Positions 36,916-46,637 of a stretch of DNA of 62,805 nt are shown here, piece by piece (the stretch's first letter is position 1; each line of letters starts with the position of its first letter). Below the pieces are notes generated by a model that was not told the origin of the DNA, made no database searches, and saw only the letters and a program-made list of their open reading frames with translations. A program made the translations under genes and the position numbers. The DNA comes from Candidatus Gottesmanbacteria bacterium (GTDB lineage: Bacteria > Patescibacteriota > Microgenomatia > UBA10105 > UBA927), in NCBI GenBank assembly GCA_016218215.1, contig JACREM010000041.1:1-62805 (forward strand). The letters are read 5' to 3'.

Positions 36916-38310
36916 ATGACAACACTTGATACAATCGTCAGTTTATGTAAGAGACGGGGGTTTGTATATCCCAATTCAGAAATTTATGGTGGGATAGCCG
37001 GGTTTTACGACATGGGCCCGATGGGACATCTTTTGCGTCAGAATATGAAAAAACTCTTTTGGGAGTTCATGCTGGTTGATCATGAAAATATTTTTCCGAT
37101 CGATGGGACAATTATTACACATCCAAAGGTGTGGGAGGCATCCGGGCATGTAGGGAGCTTTGCAGATGCAATGGTTGAATCTACTGGCGGACATGCAGGC
37201 AACAAAAGATATCGCGCTGACCATCTGATAGAAGAAATGTACTCCGAAGCTGAGCTAAGGTCTGCTGATTTAGCTGCAAAAAAAGAAGGAATGAGTAGCA
37301 TTGAGGCTTATTCAATATTATTAAAAGGGAAAAAAGCACCAGATGGAGGAATTTTGGGGGAAGTCAAAAAATTCAGCCTCATGGTTGAGACTTCGCTCGG
37401 TGTTGTGGAGGGCGATAAAAAAAGTGCATATCTCAAAGGAGAGGCATGCCAGACTATTTATCTTGATTATCAGAATGTGCTCGACAGCATGCATCCAAAG
37501 ATACCATTCGGGATTGCTCAGATAGGAAAAGCATTTCGCAATGAAGTGGCGAACCCTCAGTTTATGTTAAGACTCAAAGAGTTTGAGCAGTGGGATATGC
37601 AGTTTTTTGTCAATCCAAAAGAAATGGATACATGGTATGAATATTGGAAAGAGCAGAGAATGAATTGGTATAAATCCATATTTAACGATAAAGAGAACTT
37701 GAGATTTAGACAGCATAGAGATGATGAATTGGCTCATTATGCCAAAAAGGCTTTTGACATAGAGTATAAGACACCGTCAGGATGGAAAGAAGGAGAAGGA
37801 ATACATTGGAGGGGGGATTGGGACCTGTCGCGTCACGGGAAATACAGTGGTCATGATTTTACGTATACAGATGCAGAGACTGGAGAAAAGTTTATTCCCT
37901 GGATCGTGGAAACTTCGGGGGGAGTAGATCGCACATTTCTATTTTTATTGCTCGATGCATACAAAGAGGATGGAGATCGTGTTTTTCTAAAACTTCATCC
38001 CAAATTGTCACCATATACTGTGGCTGTATTTCCATTGGTTCGAAACAAGCCGGATATCACTGTAAAGGCGAAAGACGTGTATAAACATTTGAAGTTAGAT
38101 TTGAAAATGTCCACCGCGTGGGATGACCGAGGGAATATTGGGAAGAGATATTATGCCCAGGATGAGATAGGAACACCCTGGTGTATTACAATAGACTATA
38201 CAACGCTTGAAGATAATACGGTTACACTACGAGATCGCGATACGGCAACTCAGATTCGTTTGCCTATAGATAAAATTCGTGAATATGTATTTACACGTAT
38301 GCAGGTTTAG
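36916..38310 (+). CDS. glyS: Glycine--tRNA ligase (dimeric class II GlyRS)
   Basis: CKRRGFVYPNSEIYGGIAGFYDMGPMG, GKAFRNE, ETSGGVDR and the anticodon-binding C-terminus are present. Confidence 0.92.
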   Translation: MTTLDTIVSLCKRRGFVYPNSEIYGGIAGFYDMGPMGHLLRQNMKKLFWEFMLVDHENIFPIDGTIITHPKVWEASGHVGSFADAMVESTGGHAGNKRYRADHLIEEMYSEAELRSADLAAKKEGMSSIEAYSILLKGKKAPDGGILGEVKKFSLMVETSLGVVEGDKKSAYLKGEACQTIYLDYQNVLDSMHPKIPFGIAQIGKAFRNEVANPQFMLRLKEFEQWDMQFFVNPKEMDTWYEYWKEQRMNWYKSIFNDKENLRFRQHRDDELAHYAKKAFDIEYKTPSGWKEGEGIHWRGDWDLSRHGKYSGHDFTYTDAETGEKFIPWIVETSGGVDRTFLFLLLDAYKEDGDRVFLKLHPKLSPYTVAVFPLVRNKPDITVKAKDVYKHLKLDLKMSTAWDDRGNIGKRYYAQDEIGTPWCITIDYTTLEDNTVTLRDRDTATQIRLPIDKIREYVFTRMQV

Positions 38311-38330
38311 GTACAAAGGAGGACATAATT

Positions 38331-38807
38331 ATGAATAAAAAAATGATGATTATAGTTGGCGCGGCACTCGCCCTTGTAATTTTTGTTGTTATTTTAGTTG
38401 TGAATATTGCAAAGAGCATGAGCGTAAAACCGTCAAAGCAGGCAGCAAGTCAGGATGAGATCGATCTGACGTTACCCACGGCTGATTCGTCAATACTCGT
38501 AAATGCTACTTCGAGTAAAACCAAAGATAATACTGTCGTATTGACCGCAAGCGGACTTGCAGGTAAAGTGAGTCTGGTTGCCTATGAAATGACGTACGAA
38601 AGCGGCGGGCTTGTGAAGGGAGTAAATTCCGGCAGTAAGCCAATTGAAACCATGGGAAAAGATAGTTTTGAGCGTGAGGTGTATCTTGGCACGTGTTCCA
38701 AAAATGTCTGCAAGCCGGACGGCGGAGTAAACAAAATTTCAGTTGTTATGGAATTTACTGACGGGAATGGAAAAAAGAGCCAATTTTCAAAAGATTTTCC
38801 TCTCTAG
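38331..38807 (+). CDS. Membrane-anchored extracytoplasmic protein, unknown function
   Basis: 158 aa with an N-terminal TM helix (MMIIVGAALALVIFVVILVV) and a Ser/Thr/Gly-rich beta-type domain. An AAGGAGG Shine-Dalgarno sequence lies upstream. Confidence 0.6.
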   Translation: MNKKMMIIVGAALALVIFVVILVVNIAKSMSVKPSKQAASQDEIDLTLPTADSSILVNATSSKTKDNTVVLTASGLAGKVSLVAYEMTYESGGLVKGVNSGSKPIETMGKDSFEREVYLGTCSKNVCKPDGGVNKISVVMEFTDGNGKKSQFSKDFPL

Positions 38808-38923
38808 GTATTGGGTCGTTGGTTGACCTCCTCTGATTTTTATATATTCTTTTTGTCTGATGTGATTTTTCGCGCATTATTCTCGTATTGATGGCTAAGC
38901 CCTCAATATTGTCTTGCTCCCTC

Positions 38924-38951
38924 TTGACACATACCAAAAAATGGTTAATTA
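38924..38951 (+). promoter_or_regulatory. dcw (mraZ) promoter candidate
   Basis: TTGACA (38924-38929), a 16-nt spacer, then TAATTA (38946-38951). Confidence 0.45.
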
Positions 38952-38983
38952 TGGATATTAATGGGAAGAAGTGGTAAAAATGA
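38941..38983 (+). promoter_or_regulatory. 10-bp-phased TGG(G) direct repeats, candidate MraZ operator
   Basis: aTGGttaatt aTGGatatta aTGGGaagaa gTGGtaaaaa TGA. The repeats sit at 38942, 38952, 38962 and 38972, with a degenerate one at 38981. They overlap the -10 element and end 4 nt before the mraZ ATG. Confidence 0.55.
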
Positions 38984-38986
38984 ATC

Positions 38987-39391
38987 ATGAAGGTGTTCCT
39001 TGGGGAATATGACCATAGCATCGATGAGCGCGGCCGCATAACATTGCCGCGCAAGATTCGATTTGAAATAAACGACCATGAATTAATACTTTCTCGCGGG
39101 TTTGATAGCTGCATCTTTGGGTTTGACCGAGAGCGATGGGAGAGGGAGTCAGAAAAACAACTCGAAACGCCTATTACAGAAGAAAAGGGAAGAAGTTTAC
39201 GCCGATACATGTTTTCTGCTGCGGAAAAGGTAGAGATTGATAAGCTTGGTCGAATATTGATGCCTACCCACCTTAAGGAATACGCTTCAATTGAAAAAGA
39301 GGTAATCATCATCGGAGCAGGGGACCATTTTGAAATTTGGGATAAAGAGAAGTGGGAGAAGTACTCGATGGAGATGGATGCGCATGGATAA
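38987..39391 (+). CDS. mraZ: Transcriptional regulator MraZ
   Basis: FLGEYDHSIDERGRITLPRKIR and a second SpoVT/AbrB-like half with DKLGRILMPTHLKEY. Confidence 0.9.
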   Translation: MKVFLGEYDHSIDERGRITLPRKIRFEINDHELILSRGFDSCIFGFDRERWERESEKQLETPITEEKGRSLRRYMFSAAEKVEIDKLGRILMPTHLKEYASIEKEVIIIGAGDHFEIWDKEKWEKYSMEMDAHG

Positions 39392-40247
39392 GTTCCATAT
39401 TTCCATCATGTCGGAGGAGATCGTAGCTGCGCTTTGTATTGTAAAAGATAGATGGTACGTCGATGCGACTGTAGGAAGTGGGGGACATACCGAGGCGATT
39501 GCACGATCCGGCGGGAGGGTGTTGGGACTTGATGTCGACCCTGATGCAATTGAATACGCGAAAAAGAGATTAGCCGGTATGGAGGGGGTCATATTGCAAC
39601 ATCGTTCATATGCAGAATTGGAAAGGGCGGTAAAGGAGGCCGGGATAGAGCGAGTAGATGGTATAGTTTTTGATCTTGGAGTGTCAAGTTTTCAATTGGA
39701 TACTCCTGCGAGAGGGTTTAGTTATCGATTTGAGGACGCGCCTTTAGACATGAGATTTGGAGATATCAAAAAGAAGACAGCAGAAGAAGTATTGTCGCAG
39801 GCAAATGAAGAGGAGTTATATGAAATTATTGCAACGTATGGTGAAGAAGAGCGTGCTCGGTCAATTGCTCATGCTCTTGTCCGCGCCCGTAAGATAAAAA
39901 AGATTGTCAGTGTTTCAGACTTAAATAGTGCCTTAATCACTATTGGAGGAACCGGACATGATCATTTTCGAATGTTGTCACGAGTGTATCAGGCGTTACG
40001 CATTGTGGTAAACGATGAAATGAGGCAGTTGCAGAATGGATTACTGGAGGCCGAAAAAGCACTAGGTTCGGGAGGAAAGTTAATAGTGTTAACGTTTCAT
40101 TCTATTGAGGATAGGGTGGTAAAGCGATTTATGCTTTCTCACGCTTTTACTGTTTTGACAAAAAAACCAATAATGCCGTCGAAACATGAGCTTTATGAAA
40201 ACTCTCGAGCAAGAAGCGTGAAGATGAGGATCGCAGAAAAACTATGA
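39384..40247 (+). CDS. rsmH: 16S rRNA (cytosine1402-N4)-methyltransferase RsmH/MraW
   Basis: DATVGSGGHTEAI, FDLGVSSFQLD and TFHSIEDRVVKRF are present. Start trimmed to MDKFHISIM (8-nt overlap with mraZ). Confidence 0.9.
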   Translation: MDKFHISIMSEEIVAALCIVKDRWYVDATVGSGGHTEAIARSGGRVLGLDVDPDAIEYAKKRLAGMEGVILQHRSYAELERAVKEAGIERVDGIVFDLGVSSFQLDTPARGFSYRFEDAPLDMRFGDIKKKTAEEVLSQANEEELYEIIATYGEEERARSIAHALVRARKIKKIVSVSDLNSALITIGGTGHDHFRMLSRVYQALRIVVNDEMRQLQNGLLEAEKALGSGGKLIVLTFHSIEDRVVKRFMLSHAFTVLTKKPIMPSKHELYENSRARSVKMRIAEKL

Positions 40248-40549
40248 ATCGATTCGCATACATAGTAAAACCAGCATTTTTTGTGTCATGTTTTTTTGTG
40301 TTTTTTCTTGTGGTAATCGAGATTGTCGCCGCGAACTCGATGGTTACACTTGGAAAAGAAGTAAAGTCAATAAATGACAAGCTTGATGTGGTTTTGTATG
40401 AAAATGAAGCACTTGAGAAAAAAATAGCTTCTGCTTCATCTATAGCATCAATTGAGGTTCGTGCACGGGAGTTTGGATTTGCAGAACGGATTAAAACTGT
40501 ACATATCGGACAACAATCACTTACCGCAAAACTTCCCGGTATTCGATAG
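40244..40549 (+). CDS. ftsL: FtsL-like cell division protein
   Basis: 101 aa with one TM helix, a coiled coil and IASIEVRAREFGF. It occupies the canonical position between rsmH and ftsI. Confidence 0.6.
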   Translation: MNRFAYIVKPAFFVSCFFVFFLVVIEIVAANSMVTLGKEVKSINDKLDVVLYENEALEKKIASASSIASIEVRAREFGFAERIKTVHIGQQSLTAKLPGIR

Positions 40550-40552
40550 TCT

Positions 40553-42232
40553 ATGAGTCGAATTTCAACGGTTTTCCTCTTTTTTTGTTTTATTTTTGTA
40601 CTCGTTTTATCTCGATTATATTACTGGCAGATTGTAGCTCGTGACGCACTTCAGGCAGAGGCAGACTCACAGCATTATTTTAAATTTTCCCTCCCAGCTG
40701 TTCGTGGTGAAATTCGTTCGTGGGATGCGACTCCACTCGTAATGAATGATCAGGTGTATCTGGTCTATGCAGAGCCAAAAAATATTGAAAATTTAGGCTT
40801 TTTTGCAAAAAGCATATCGGAAATATTGTCCGTAGACATGGCAACTCTTCTGACTAAAATATCAGATAATAAAACACTTTGGGTTCCCTTGAAGCATAAA
40901 GTGGGTGAAGACATAGTATCAAAACTTAAAACATTAAAGATGAAAGGCTTAGGGTATGAACGTGAGTCTCATCGGTACTATCCTGAGTCATCAATGTCTG
41001 CCCATATTTTGGGGTTTGTCGGTTCAGACGAAAATGGGAATGATAAAGGGTATTTTGGACTTGAGGGGTATTATAATCGAGAGCTTCGTGGTAAAAACGG
41101 GAGTTTACTTCAAGAAAAAGACGTTCGTGGTGCTCCAATATTAGTTGGAGATGTAACAAGAATTGATCCAGAAAATGGCCGAACGCTTGTGCTGTATCTA
41201 GATCGTATTGTTCAACATATAATTGAGAAAAAATTACTCGATGGAATAGAAAAATATGGAGCAAAAGAAGGCTCTATTGTCATTATGGATCCAAAAATTG
41301 GTGGCATAATCGCATCTGCATCGTTTCCGTCATACGACCCATCGAACTATACAGCATTTGATAAGGGGGTATACAAAAATCCTGTCGTCGGAAGTAGTTA
41401 TGAGCCTGGATCAACGTTTAAGTCGCTTGTTATGGCAGCTGGTATAGAGGAAGGTGCGGTAACCCCTATGACAACGATGGATGAAAGTGGCCCTGTGCGG
41501 GTAGGTGAGTATGCTATTCGGACATGGAACAACGAATATCACGGGAAAATTACCATGACACAGATATTAGAACGATCCTCAAATGTTGGGATGGTGTATG
41601 TTGGGGAAAAACTTGGAAAAGATAAACTTTTACAATATATACACGATTTTGGATTCGGACAGGCAACAGGAGTGGATCTGGAAGATGAAAGTAGCCCTGA
41701 ACTTCGCGAGTCATCAAAGTGGGGAGATATTGATCTTGCTACAGCATCATTTGGTCAGGGAATCGCTGTCACACCTCTACAGATGGTTCGAGCAGTGGCT
41801 GCACTCGCTAATGGAGGTATGCTTATGGAGCCTCATGTTGTACGTGAAATGAGAGACTTACGCGGGAATGTGTTTCCTGTCCCTGTAAACAAGATTCGAA
41901 GAGTAGTAAGCGAGCGCACGGCTAAACAGGTGACAGAGATGTTGGTGTCATCTGTAGACAATGGGGAAGCTAAATGGGCAAAGCCAAAAGGATATAGGAT
42001 AGCAGGAAAAACCGGTACTGCTCAGATTCCTGTTGCGGGCCACTATGATGCAACGAAGACCATTGCATCGTTTGTTGGATATGCTCCAGCAGATGATCCA
42101 AAATTTGTGATGCTTGTGCTCTTGAGTGAACCTTCTTCATCACAGTGGGGATCTGAGACCGCAGCACCGTTGTTTTTTTCGATAGCAAAAGAGTTGTTTT
42201 TGCACTACAATATAGCGCCAATCGGCTTCTAG
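40553..42232 (+). CDS. ftsI: Class B penicillin-binding protein (FtsI/PBP transpeptidase)
   Basis: N-terminal TM helix, dimerisation domain and the SXXK (GSTFKS), SXN (RSSNVG) and KTG (GKTGTAQ) motifs. Confidence 0.9.
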   Translation: MSRISTVFLFFCFIFVLVLSRLYYWQIVARDALQAEADSQHYFKFSLPAVRGEIRSWDATPLVMNDQVYLVYAEPKNIENLGFFAKSISEILSVDMATLLTKISDNKTLWVPLKHKVGEDIVSKLKTLKMKGLGYERESHRYYPESSMSAHILGFVGSDENGNDKGYFGLEGYYNRELRGKNGSLLQEKDVRGAPILVGDVTRIDPENGRTLVLYLDRIVQHIIEKKLLDGIEKYGAKEGSIVIMDPKIGGIIASASFPSYDPSNYTAFDKGVYKNPVVGSSYEPGSTFKSLVMAAGIEEGAVTPMTTMDESGPVRVGEYAIRTWNNEYHGKITMTQILERSSNVGMVYVGEKLGKDKLLQYIHDFGFGQATGVDLEDESSPELRESSKWGDIDLATASFGQGIAVTPLQMVRAVAALANGGMLMEPHVVREMRDLRGNVFPVPVNKIRRVVSERTAKQVTEMLVSSVDNGEAKWAKPKGYRIAGKTGTAQIPVAGHYDATKTIASFVGYAPADDPKFVMLVLLSEPSSSQWGSETAAPLFFSIAKELFLHYNIAPIGF

Positions 42233-42271
42233 TAGCGCTCTGGTAGATCGTTTTCATGGTATAATACAGGG

Positions 42272-43444
42272 ATGATACGGATGATCAAAAATTGGTATCA
42301 TTTCATGCGGGCTGTAGCTTCGATACTGTATTTTCGGTTTCCAGACAGGAATCTCGTTGTCATTGGAGTTACTGGTACAGACGGGAAAACGACAACCACA
42401 ACCCTTATTTATCACATATTGCGATCCTTAGGGGTGAAAACCTCGATGATAACATCTGTTCATGCGGTCATTGCCGGAAAGGAGTATGACACGGGGTTTC
42501 ATGTGACATCTCCGGATTCGTACTACATTCAAAAATATCTTCGAGAGGCAATTGATCACGGTGATACGCATTTTGTCCTTGAGGTCACATCTCATGGATT
42601 GGCTCAGCACAGATTTTTCGGTGTTCGATTTTCTGTCGGCGTACTGACAAATATTACTCACGAACATCTCGATTGGCATAGGTCGTTTGATGAGTATATG
42701 AGAACAAAATTTACTCTTTTACGACGATCAGCCATAGCAGTATTAAATCGAGATGAAACAGATGTATATACAAAAGCAGTAGCAAGTATGGGAAACAAGA
42801 AAATAGTAACGTATGCCATACGAAGAGATGCAATGATGACAACGAATAACACGCCGTTTCAAACGTTACTTCCGGGAGAATTCAATCAATACAATAGCTT
42901 AGCTGCAATTTCAGCACTATATGCTCTGGGTTTTCCTATGAAAAAGATTGTCCGAGCTGTTTCAACATTTCAGGGAGTTGTAGGAAGAATGGAAGTACTG
43001 AAAGTTCGCCCGTTTCGTATCATCGTAGATTTTGCTCATACCCCAAATGCTATAGAGCAGGTAGGGAAAACCGTACGGGCGCAAACAAAAGGAAAACTTA
43101 TCCATGTATTTGGTTCAGCAGGCCTTCGGGACGCGTCTAAACGCCCTATGATGGGAAAAAATTCGTCCCAATTTGCTGATGTTATTGTTTTAACAGAAGA
43201 AGATTATCGTACAGAGAATGTACAAGATATCATGACTTCTATTCGAAAGGGGATTTCGATTGATACCCCAACATACCAGTATGAAAATAGGTACGATGCT
43301 ATCGAATTCGCGCTGTCTATCGCAAAGCCCGGGGACACAGTGCTTGTAACAGGGAAAGGACATGAGAAAAGTCTTTGCCGCGGAACAGTTGAGATTCCAT
43401 GGAGCGATCAGGAAACAATACAACAGATATTGAAAAAGATTTGA
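42272..43444 (+). CDS. murE: Mur ligase, MurE-like, lacking the N-terminal UDP-binding domain
   Basis: The P-loop GVTGTDGKTTTT is already at residues 33-44. DFAHTPNA and GSAGLRDASKRPMMG..VLTEEDYRTEN are present. The protein is only 390 aa. Confidence 0.75.
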   Translation: MIRMIKNWYHFMRAVASILYFRFPDRNLVVIGVTGTDGKTTTTTLIYHILRSLGVKTSMITSVHAVIAGKEYDTGFHVTSPDSYYIQKYLREAIDHGDTHFVLEVTSHGLAQHRFFGVRFSVGVLTNITHEHLDWHRSFDEYMRTKFTLLRRSAIAVLNRDETDVYTKAVASMGNKKIVTYAIRRDAMMTTNNTPFQTLLPGEFNQYNSLAAISALYALGFPMKKIVRAVSTFQGVVGRMEVLKVRPFRIIVDFAHTPNAIEQVGKTVRAQTKGKLIHVFGSAGLRDASKRPMMGKNSSQFADVIVLTEEDYRTENVQDIMTSIRKGISIDTPTYQYENRYDAIEFALSIAKPGDTVLVTGKGHEKSLCRGTVEIPWSDQETIQQILKKI

Positions 43445-43448
43445 AACA

Positions 43449-44213
43449 TTGGGGTCAATATTCATGAATGATATACAAAAAAAATACTATTATACTTCGC
43501 CGTTATTTGCACAATATAACGAGGTTTTTCATGGGACAACAACGAAGCAGTATGGTCCAATAAAGAGAGATGCATCCACAATAGAATATCTTTGCGGTGT
43601 TTTTGGTCGCAAAAAACAAGACTTTATTACCGGACAACAAACACATGGAAATACGGTATTGGAAGTGAATTCAACGCATAGAGGAGTTGTGGCGCCATCC
43701 ACTGACGGATTAGTATTGCATGTAAATGATAAGAGTCAGTCAAAAAAATTGTTTATAGGTGTATTTACAGCGGATTGTGTCCCTGTTTTTTTCTACGATC
43801 CAAAGAATTCTCTCGTTGGTATCTGTCATGCAGGATGGAAAGGGGTTATCGGAAAAATCGTGAAGAACATGGTAAAACAATGTATAAAATGCGGCAGCAA
43901 CCCGGGCAATCTTCGGGTTTGCTTGGGTCCTCACATACGTTCGTGCAGTTACTCTGTTGCCATAGAACGAGCAAGACTGTTTGAGGAGACGTATGGAAAA
44001 GATTCAGGTGTTGTCGCGGTGCATGACTCAAAGCATTTTATAAATCTTTCAGAAGCAATTTCCCTTGATCTAAAAGCAAGCGGCGTGAATCCTCGGCATA
44101 TAGATCATGACTGCTCACCGTGCACTTATTGCGATAGCGAAATGTTTTATTCGTATAGAAGACGAATCGGTGAAGAAATGCATGAGATGATAAGTTTTAT
44201 TGGTATTCATTAA
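43449..44213 (+). CDS. pgeF: YfiH/PgeF (DUF152) family protein, peptidoglycan editing factor / laccase-domain protein
   Basis: FTADCVPVFFYD, CHAGWKG and GPHIRSCSY are present. The start could be 43449 or 43464. Confidence 0.8.
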   Translation: MGSIFMNDIQKKYYYTSPLFAQYNEVFHGTTTKQYGPIKRDASTIEYLCGVFGRKKQDFITGQQTHGNTVLEVNSTHRGVVAPSTDGLVLHVNDKSQSKKLFIGVFTADCVPVFFYDPKNSLVGICHAGWKGVIGKIVKNMVKQCIKCGSNPGNLRVCLGPHIRSCSYSVAIERARLFEETYGKDSGVVAVHDSKHFINLSEAISLDLKASGVNPRHIDHDCSPCTYCDSEMFYSYRRRIGEEMHEMISFIGIH

Positions 44214-44214
44214 A

Positions 44215-45645
44215 ATGATCGATATCGAAAAGGCTCAAGACGTATATTTTGTTGGAATAAAAGGTGTTGCAATGACAGCACTTGCTTTATATCTTCGAGC
44301 TAAGGGTGTTCGTGTGTCCGGATCGGATGTGAAAGACCGATTTCCGACGGATGAGATGCTTTTAAAATTTCACATACCGGTTCTTGAGGGTTTTACGTCC
44401 GAACACATTGATTCATTAAAAAAAATAGATCTTTTGATTTATACAGGAGCTCATGATGGTCAAAATAACTCGGAAGTTTTGGAAGCACAAAGACTTGGTA
44501 TTCCTATTCTCCCGCACGGAAAAGCACTCGGTTTATGCATGGAATCTTCAAAGCAGATATCTGTCGGGGGATCTCACGGCAAGACAACGACGAGTGCCAT
44601 GATTGCGACTGTTCTTTCGTTGGCTAAAAAAAGTCCATCATATGCGATTGGGTGCGGGGAGATATTTCCACTGAATGCTCCGGGAACATACGGAAAAGGG
44701 GAATGGTTCGTTGCCGAAGCAGATGAATATGCGACTGATCCTAAATACGATAAAACACCGCGTTTTCTTTTTCAGCACCCTGATATATTTGCTGTGACAA
44801 ATATCGATTACGACCACCCTGATATATACGCCGATATAGCTTCGGTACAGAAGGCATTCGTGTCGATGAAATCAAATCTTCGCGGTCTCTCTACTCTTGT
44901 TGTAAACGCAGATGATCCCAAAAGCGTATGTCTACGGCAGGATCAAAATGGAACAATCGTTACCTTTGGAACAGGTGTTGGAAGTGACTATCAAATTCTG
45001 GACACAACATTTTTAGAGGGTGAGACAGAGTTTATGCTCCTATGCCCCGAGGGAACGAAGCACATGTTTCGATTAAAGATTCCCGGAATTCACAATGTAC
45101 TCAATGCAGTATGTGCGGTTGCAGTATTGCGTCTATGCGGCCTAACCTGGAAAGAGATCTATCAAGGATTATTGAAGTTTCATGGAACAAAACGGCGTTT
45201 TGAATATATTGGAAGCATTGGAAAATGTATTTTTTACGATGATTATGCCCATCACCCAAACGAGATACTTGCGACTCTTTCCGGTGCTCGGAAGTGGTAC
45301 CCTGATAGAAAGATCTATTGTATTTTTCAAGCTCATACTTATACAAGAACAAAAGCATTGCTTTCTCAATTTGCGAGGGCTTTTTCTGATGCGGATTCAC
45401 TCGTTTTGGTCGATATTTACGCATCAGCACGAGAAATACAAAACGATGGTATGACAGGAGAAATATTAGCAAGAGAATGCAAGAAACATCATAAAGATGT
45501 GCATTTTGTGCGAAATGAAAACGGGGTGCTTTCATTTCTTTCTACGATTTCAGATGAAAAAGCTGTTTTTATTTTTATGGGAGCTGGAGATATATATCTT
45601 TGGGGACGTCGTATACTCGATGCATTAAAAGACCAAGTGAAATAA
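44215..45645 (+). CDS. murC: UDP-N-acetylmuramate--L-alanine ligase
   Basis: YFVGIKGVAMTALALYLRAKGVRVSGSD, GGSHGKTTTS and DDYAHHPNE are present. Start trimmed to MIDIEKA. Confidence 0.9.
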   Translation: MIDIEKAQDVYFVGIKGVAMTALALYLRAKGVRVSGSDVKDRFPTDEMLLKFHIPVLEGFTSEHIDSLKKIDLLIYTGAHDGQNNSEVLEAQRLGIPILPHGKALGLCMESSKQISVGGSHGKTTTSAMIATVLSLAKKSPSYAIGCGEIFPLNAPGTYGKGEWFVAEADEYATDPKYDKTPRFLFQHPDIFAVTNIDYDHPDIYADIASVQKAFVSMKSNLRGLSTLVVNADDPKSVCLRQDQNGTIVTFGTGVGSDYQILDTTFLEGETEFMLLCPEGTKHMFRLKIPGIHNVLNAVCAVAVLRLCGLTWKEIYQGLLKFHGTKRRFEYIGSIGKCIFYDDYAHHPNEILATLSGARKWYPDRKIYCIFQAHTYTRTKALLSQFARAFSDADSLVLVDIYASAREIQNDGMTGEILARECKKHHKDVHFVRNENGVLSFLSTISDEKAVFIFMGAGDIYLWGRRILDALKDQVK

Positions 45646-45650
45646 ATATT

Positions 45651-46634
45651 ATGATGGCTGAAGCATACCAGACCTTTGTTGAGAAATTTCCAGGCTTAGT
45701 GAAAAAAGATGTTTTGCTGGCGCCATATACGACCTTTAAGATCGGCGGACCGGCTGACTTACTTGTCGAAGCGAGAAACAGAGAGGAACTTGTCGCCTTT
45801 GTTTTAAGCGCAAGAGATATGAATATTCCAATCACATTTCTTGGCGGCGGATCAAATCTTCTCATTGGAGACAGAGGGATACGAGGTCTTGTTGTACGGA
45901 ATTTGACTCAGAAGATTGTAATTATGGGCATGAAAGGTGCAATGAATGAACTCAAAACATCGGGTACGGTGTATGTAGAGGCAGATAGCGGGGTTCCGAT
46001 AAATAAATTTGTCCGATATACCGTCGAAGAGGGATTGTCCGGACTTGAAATGCATCTTGGGCTTCCGGGTAGTGTGGGCGGGGCAGTCTATATGAATTCA
46101 AAATGGACGAATCCTGTCGGGTACGTTGGTGATGCGGTGTATCAAGCGAGCATATTAACGAATTCAGGTGAAGTAAAGACAGTCCCAAAACGGTATTTTC
46201 AGTTTGCGTATGACATGAGTATTCTTCAAAAAACACATGAATTGGTGCTTAGTGTCGTATTTACGTTAAAAAAAGAATCGAAAGAATTGCTTTGGAAACA
46301 AGCAAATGAAAGTATAGCCCATAGGCGAGCGACTCAGCCGCAAGGAGTATTCACAGCAGGGTGCATATTTCAAAACCTCTCGGAGTCTGACGCACTCACA
46401 TTTGCAACACCAGGCCACAGTCGATCTGCGGGGTACCTCATAGACTCGGCGGGATTTAAAGGAAAACAGATAGGCGGCGCAGTGGTATCAAGCGTCCATG
46501 CAAATTTCATCGTGAATATGGGCAAAGCCAGCGCATCTGACGTGCTACAATTAATTTCCATGATAAAAGAGAAGGTACACTCGCAATTTGGAGTGACACT
46601 AAAAGAGGAAATTCAACATATGGGGGAATTTTAA
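45651..46634 (+). CDS. murB: UDP-N-acetylenolpyruvoylglucosamine reductase
   Basis: TTFKIGGPADLLVEA, LGGGSNLL and GLPGSVGGAVYMN are present. Start trimmed to MMAEAYQ. Confidence 0.9.
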   Translation: MMAEAYQTFVEKFPGLVKKDVLLAPYTTFKIGGPADLLVEARNREELVAFVLSARDMNIPITFLGGGSNLLIGDRGIRGLVVRNLTQKIVIMGMKGAMNELKTSGTVYVEADSGVPINKFVRYTVEEGLSGLEMHLGLPGSVGGAVYMNSKWTNPVGYVGDAVYQASILTNSGEVKTVPKRYFQFAYDMSILQKTHELVLSVVFTLKKESKELLWKQANESIAHRRATQPQGVFTAGCIFQNLSESDALTFATPGHSRSAGYLIDSAGFKGKQIGGAVVSSVHANFIVNMGKASASDVLQLISMIKEKVHSQFGVTLKEEIQHMGEF

Positions 46635-46637
46635 TTT

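Noticed and set aside
36741-36929. A 62-aa + strand ORF between recO and glyS.
   Set aside because: It runs straight through the T-box antiterminator/terminator structure and has a Lys/Glu-rich, low-complexity translation. The RNA-element interpretation explains the spacer better.
38755-39312. A 185-aa minus-strand ORF spanning the mraZ promoter and most of mraZ.
   Set aside because: It is antisense to a clear mraZ gene and to the phased-repeat promoter region. No family resemblance was seen.
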